DNA of 19,818 nt, taken from Calditrichaceae bacterium (GTDB lineage Bacteria > Calditrichota > Calditrichia > Calditrichales > JBFXGD01). Both the position numbers and the translations under genes were made by a program. Shown one piece after another: positions 15,942 through 19,818 of this stretch (position 1 is the stretch's first letter; the number at the start of each line of letters is the position of its first letter). The stretch spans positions 1 through 19,818 of the forward strand of contig JBFXGD010000023.1 of NCBI GenBank assembly GCA_050178385.1, in the 5' to 3' direction. A model generated the notes under the pieces. That model was not told the DNA's origin. It was given only the letters and a program-made list of their open reading frames with translations, and made no database searches.

Positions 15942-15970
15942 AAATTAAGAAAGCTGACCTGAAGAAGCAA
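15942..15970 (-). promoter_or_regulatory. Candidate sigma70-type promoter for arcA
   Basis: On the minus strand: TTGCTT (15970-15965), 17-nt spacer, TAATTT (15947-15942). Confidence 0.35.
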
Positions 15971-15995
15971 GATTATGATAAGGTTGATTTATTTC

Positions 15996-16024
15996 TTGAC
16001 AAAATTTGGATTGGCTTATATATT
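15996..16024 (+). promoter_or_regulatory. Sigma70-type promoter of the TetR efflux operon
   Basis: Consensus TTGACA (15996-16001), 17-nt spacer, TATATT (16019-16024). Confidence 0.75.
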
Positions 16025-16066
16025 AACCAAAAAGTTAAAATTAATAGTTAAACAAACTGGTTAGTA
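16021..16066. promoter_or_regulatory. Probable TetR operator region
   Basis: TTAAC-N6-GTTAA (16023-16038). Outer inverted repeat TATTAACCA (16021-16029) and TGGTTAGTA (16058-16066) with one mismatch. Overlaps the -10 element and predicted start site. Confidence 0.6.
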
Positions 16067-16068
16067 TT

Positions 16069-16713
16069 ATGTCCAGGATTTCAAATACGAAAACCACAGA
16101 AGAAATTATTCTTCAAACAGCTATGGATGTATTCATAGAAAAGGGAAGGCATGGCGCCAGGATGCAGGATATTGCTGACCGCGCGGGTATCAATAAGGCT
16201 ATGCTTCATTATTATTTCAGGAGTAAGGATAAACTTTACGCCCAAATTTTTGAGCTTGTTTTTGTCAAATATTTTGGTGAGCTTCTGGATGTCTTCAAAG
16301 AAGAAAACAGATTTGAAACAACATTAAAATCATTTATCAACAGATATATTGATATACTGGATGAAAATCCCAGGCTGCCGGTATTTGTCGCGAGCGAAAT
16401 GCTGGAAGGCGGAAGTATCGTCGAAGAAATCATTTCATCACTCATCAAATCAGAAAAATTTCAGGTGCCGCACAAAATGATCCATGCCATCGACAAGGCG
16501 GTAAAGAGCGGCGAAATCGTAAAGGTGGATCATGTAAATTTAATGATGAATGTGATTGGAGCCTGTATCTATTTTTTTATAGCCGAACCGGTCTTCAGAG
16601 CCATTTTTTCTATCGATAGTACTTATGACCGGAAGGCTTTTATTGAAGTCAGAAAAAAAGCAATCTTTGAAAATATCTATTATGGAATTAGCGCGCGGGG
16701 AGAAAATAAATGA
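16069..16713 (+). CDS. TetR/AcrR family transcriptional regulator
   Basis: N-terminal HTH: ILQTAMDVFIEKGRHGARMQDIADRAGINKAMLHYYFRSKDKLY. Confidence 0.95.
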   Translation: MSRISNTKTTEEIILQTAMDVFIEKGRHGARMQDIADRAGINKAMLHYYFRSKDKLYAQIFELVFVKYFGELLDVFKEENRFETTLKSFINRYIDILDENPRLPVFVASEMLEGGSIVEEIISSLIKSEKFQVPHKMIHAIDKAVKSGEIVKVDHVNLMMNVIGACIYFFIAEPVFRAIFSIDSTYDRKAFIEVRKKAIFENIYYGISARGENK

Positions 16714-18008
16714 GATTTTCTTTAATAATCTTAATCATTTTATCTATAAATCATTTGACGGAGAGTTCCGGATTTGCGCAATCGGTGTCCGAAGCGATTG
16801 AGCTGGCAATCATTAATAATCCCACACTTAAGGCGGCGGATGAGGAAGTCAAATCCGCGGAGCTTGCGAAGATTTCTGTTTTTCGCAAAACATTGCCGTC
16901 AGTGGATTTTAACGCGGGTTACCGGCATGTTACGGATGTCGCCGAGATCAGTCTGCCCGGTTCAGTCATTATGCCGGCATCAAAAATCGGACTGGCAACA
17001 TATGATTCATATGAGACGGGATTAACGGCATCATATGTGGTTTTCAGCGGATACGCCCAGCAGGCGGCGGTCGAAATAAGTGACCAGCAGTACCGGCTTG
17101 CGGAGAACAACAAGGAAAAGAGTACAAAAGATATCGCGTTTGAGACCGTCACCGTTTATCGGCAGGTTCAGGCGCAAAAGTTGAATATCGCTTTGCTGGA
17201 GGCCGCAGCGGAGAGAACACAGCTTCAGCTGAATCAGATAAAATCACTGGTCAGGAACGGCATGGCGCTTCCTGTGGACACCCTTACTCTGGCACTGGCT
17301 AAACTCAGTTATGATCAGAAAATTATTTCGGCGATGGCATCCATGGGGACTGCCATGCAAAGACTTGAGATTCTGACAGGAGAGCCTGTTATCCCAGATG
17401 AAAAACATCAAAATAATTTGGTTTCGGATTACGCGGAATTGGAAATTTCCCGTATCGAAACCTACAAAGCCCTCGAAATGCAGGAACAGCTTCTGGAATC
17501 TGATATAAAAAGAACCCGATCGGCATATTATCCGTCTGTGGCAGTCGAAGCAGCGGTAAAATATGGTAATCCTGGTGTTGATGTCATTAAGAAAGACTGG
17601 ATGACTTACGGCGTCTGGGGAGCAGGAGTGAGCTGGAATTTATGGAGCTGGGGTGCTGACAGAAAGGCGGTCGAATCCCGCGAAGCCGGAATTGTCCGGC
17701 TTGATCATCAGAAAAAGGCGCTTGCTGATCAGATCCAAACAAGATTTGACATGGCGGTGCGTGAATTAGGCGCGGTGAAAGAGCAGTTAAAAGTATCAGA
17801 AACAGCTCTCGCGCTTGCCAGACAAAAAATGAAAATCATCCAGTCCCAATCGGCTCAGGGAATGGCCAGCGCGACCGATTTCAATGATGCAAATTTAGAA
17901 CTGACACAGGCCGAATTAAGTTGCGCGACTCAAATGATAACCCTCGATATGAAGATAAATGAGATAGACTATTTAAGCGGCCAACCAATAAATGAGTGGA
18001 GATTATAA
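16710..18008 (+). CDS. TolC family outer-membrane efflux protein
   Basis: Signal peptide, AIELAIINNPTL, two OEP repeats (KTLPSVDF and AYYPSVAV), and GAGVSWNLWSWG. ATGA overlap with the TetR gene. Confidence 0.9.
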   Translation: MRFSLIILIILSINHLTESSGFAQSVSEAIELAIINNPTLKAADEEVKSAELAKISVFRKTLPSVDFNAGYRHVTDVAEISLPGSVIMPASKIGLATYDSYETGLTASYVVFSGYAQQAAVEISDQQYRLAENNKEKSTKDIAFETVTVYRQVQAQKLNIALLEAAAERTQLQLNQIKSLVRNGMALPVDTLTLALAKLSYDQKIISAMASMGTAMQRLEILTGEPVIPDEKHQNNLVSDYAELEISRIETYKALEMQEQLLESDIKRTRSAYYPSVAVEAAVKYGNPGVDVIKKDWMTYGVWGAGVSWNLWSWGADRKAVESREAGIVRLDHQKKALADQIQTRFDMAVRELGAVKEQLKVSETALALARQKMKIIQSQSAQGMASATDFNDANLELTQAELSCATQMITLDMKINEIDYLSGQPINEWRL

Positions 18009-18010
18009 TA

Positions 18011-18880
18011 ATGAGAGCATATTATTTAATCATATTGTTATTTATTAGCGCATGTTCAAATAACAACGATGATCAGACAATTTATAACGGCCGTCTTGAG
18101 ACAGATGTAATCCGCTTATCCGCGAAGATTGCCGGAGAGATTGATTCTCTTCGAATTGAAGAGGGTGATCCGGTTACGAAGAATCAGACTCTCGCGCTCA
18201 TTAACAAAGATAAACTCCTGGCTCAGAGAAGACAACAGCAGGCCCAGGTTGTGGAATTGACTGTGAATTTGCAGGCGGTTGACGCGCAGACGCGGCAGGT
18301 GCAGTCGCAACTCGATCTTGCGGCGCAAACTTTGGCAAAGACTGAACTCATGCTGAAAGAGGGAGCGGCAACGGAGCAAAAAAGGGATGAACTTGCCACA
18401 CAGGTCGATGTTTTGACGGCGCAAAAGGATGGATTAAAATCAAACAGGCAGATTATCTCAAGCAAGATCGAACAGCTAAGGGCGGCTCAGGATATTACAG
18501 AATTGAATATTCAGGATGCCAGAATAATCTCACCGATCGACGGCATCATCATTAACAAATATCATTTTGAAGGCGAGCTCATCACACCGGGGATGGCTGT
18601 AGCTGATCTGGCAGATATTTCAAGCATGGAAGCAACCATTTATATCCCGCTTGAGGAGCTGAATAAAGTAAAGCTGGGGCAAATTGTTAAACTGACGATC
18701 GATGGCGTTGATACCGAATTTGAAGGAAAAGTCCGTTGGATTTCCAGCGAATCTGAATTTACTCCAAAAACGATATTGACAAAGGAGACGAGGACCACGC
18801 TGGTTTATTCTGTAAAAATCGCTGTGCCTAATCCCGATGGAATCTTCAAAATCGGTATGCCAGTGGATGTAAAAATATAG
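18011..18880 (+). CDS. HlyD-family membrane fusion protein (periplasmic adaptor, lipoprotein; YbhG-like)
   Basis: Lipobox ISA-C in MRAYYLIILLFISAC (start ATG 18011, GTGGAG RBS). Lipoyl-like halves (IEEGDPV and ISPIDG), a coiled coil, SEFTPK and FKIGMPVDV. Confidence 0.92.
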   Translation: MRAYYLIILLFISACSNNNDDQTIYNGRLETDVIRLSAKIAGEIDSLRIEEGDPVTKNQTLALINKDKLLAQRRQQQAQVVELTVNLQAVDAQTRQVQSQLDLAAQTLAKTELMLKEGAATEQKRDELATQVDVLTAQKDGLKSNRQIISSKIEQLRAAQDITELNIQDARIISPIDGIIINKYHFEGELITPGMAVADLADISSMEATIYIPLEELNKVKLGQIVKLTIDGVDTEFEGKVRWISSESEFTPKTILTKETRTTLVYSVKIAVPNPDGIFKIGMPVDVKI

Positions 18881-18901
18881 TTAATCACCCGGGAATTTAA
18901 A

Positions 18902-19818
18902 ATGTCGGCAAACGAACATCCGATTATCATCAAAAATCTGAAAAAATCATATGGTTCCGTTCAGGCTCTGAAAGATGTTTCACTTGATGTGGCAAAAGGC
19001 GAAATCTTTGGTTTAATCGGTCCCGATGGGGCAGGAAAAACAACGCTTATCCGGATATTGGTATCTCTATTGAATCCGGACTCGGGTGATGTGTTATTTC
19101 ACGGCAAACCTGTTCAGGAAGATCTCCGTAATGTGAGGGCAAATATCGGATACATGCCTCAACGGTTTAGTTTGTATCCTGACCTGACAGTTGAACAGAA
19201 TCTGCGATTCTTTGGTGATCTTTTTAGAATACCTAAATCCGCGCAATTGGAACAGATGTCGCGCCTGTATGATTTTTCAAGATTGGGACCATTCAAAAAA
19301 CGCAGGGCGGGTGATCTCTCCGGCGGGATGAAGCAGAAACTGGCATTGTCCTGTATGCTGATGCATGAACCGGATGTTGTTGTAATGGATGAACCTACTT
19401 TTGGGGTAGATCCCGTTTCACGAAATGAATTCTGGGAGATACTTCAGACACTCGCCAAAGAGGGGACCTGTATTCTTGTCAGCACGGCATATATGGATGA
19501 AGCCGGTTTATGCGACAGGGTGGGTCTGATGTATGACGGAGAACTTCTGGCGACTGACCGTCCCGAATCCCTGATACAATCCTTTAAATCAGATTTATTC
19601 CTAATTCGTACGGACAAGCCTTACTCTGTATTTGAAGCATTACAATCCACATCGTGGAAAGAAAAAGTACAGCTCTTTGGAAACGGGGTACATTTTCTTG
19701 ATAAAGAAAAAATAGGACATGATGAGATTTGCAGTGGCCTAAATAAAATTAAAATCGCATATCACGCGGTGGATTTGATTCAGCCGACTCTTGAAAATCT
19801 GTTTTTAGAATTGATGAC
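18902..19818 (+). CDS. ABC transporter ATP-binding protein (YbhF-like, ABC-2 efflux); partial at 3' end, missing from ORF track
   Basis: From ATG 18902: MSANEHPIIIKNLKKSYG...GLIGPDGAGKTT...GYMPQRFSLYPDLTV...LSGGMKQKLAL...MDEPTFGVDPVSR...STAYMDEA...PTLENLFLELM. No stop before the window ends. Confidence 0.93.
   Translation, partial: MSANEHPIIIKNLKKSYGSVQALKDVSLDVAKGEIFGLIGPDGAGKTTLIRILVSLLNPDSGDVLFHGKPVQEDLRNVRANIGYMPQRFSLYPDLTVEQNLRFFGDLFRIPKSAQLEQMSRLYDFSRLGPFKKRRAGDLSGGMKQKLALSCMLMHEPDVVVMDEPTFGVDPVSRNEFWEILQTLAKEGTCILVSTAYMDEAGLCDRVGLMYDGELLATDRPESLIQSFKSDLFLIRTDKPYSVFEALQSTSWKEKVQLFGNGVHFLDKEKIGHDEICSGLNKIKIAYHAVDLIQPTLENLFLELM

Noticed and set aside
1..19818. CRISPR array, tRNA/rRNA, transposase, integrase, prophage or anti-phage defence genes
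   Set aside because: No regularly spaced repeats or hallmark motifs were seen. The beta-CASP gene looks like the common housekeeping type and has no defence-associated neighbours.

Overview
Chromosomal window from a diderm, probably anaerobic or facultatively anaerobic bacterium (outer-membrane barrel tail, TolC-type channel, O2-sensitive Fe-S enzymes); no mobile element, CRISPR array or RNA gene is visible. The main feature is a tightly coupled plus-strand operon of at least 10 genes (1-8272). It runs: outer-membrane beta-barrel tail (probable TonB-dependent receptor), membrane-anchored DUF4198-like protein, NapH/MauN-type membrane polyferredoxin, single-chain 2-hydroxyacyl-CoA dehydratase-fold protein with a double-cubane-cluster (DCCP)-like cysteine pattern, its ASKHA-type ATP-dependent activase, a secreted tandem NosL-like protein, a small His/Cys membrane-anchored protein, a LolCDE/MacB-like ABC permease and ATPase, and a roughly 8-TM protein with three Cys/His motifs. 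I know of no characterised pathway with this composition. It looks like a cross-envelope module joining metal or cofactor trafficking to ATP-driven low-potential reduction (inference). The remainder is more ordinary: HAD hydrolase, beta-CASP nuclease, standalone NFACT-R protein, phosphoglucomutase, YihX-like HAD phosphatase, small CGC-motif protein, CBS protein, an isolated arginine deiminase on the minus strand, and a TetR-TolC-HlyD-ABC efflux operon cut by the window end. All family calls come from motif recognition by eye, not from database searches.
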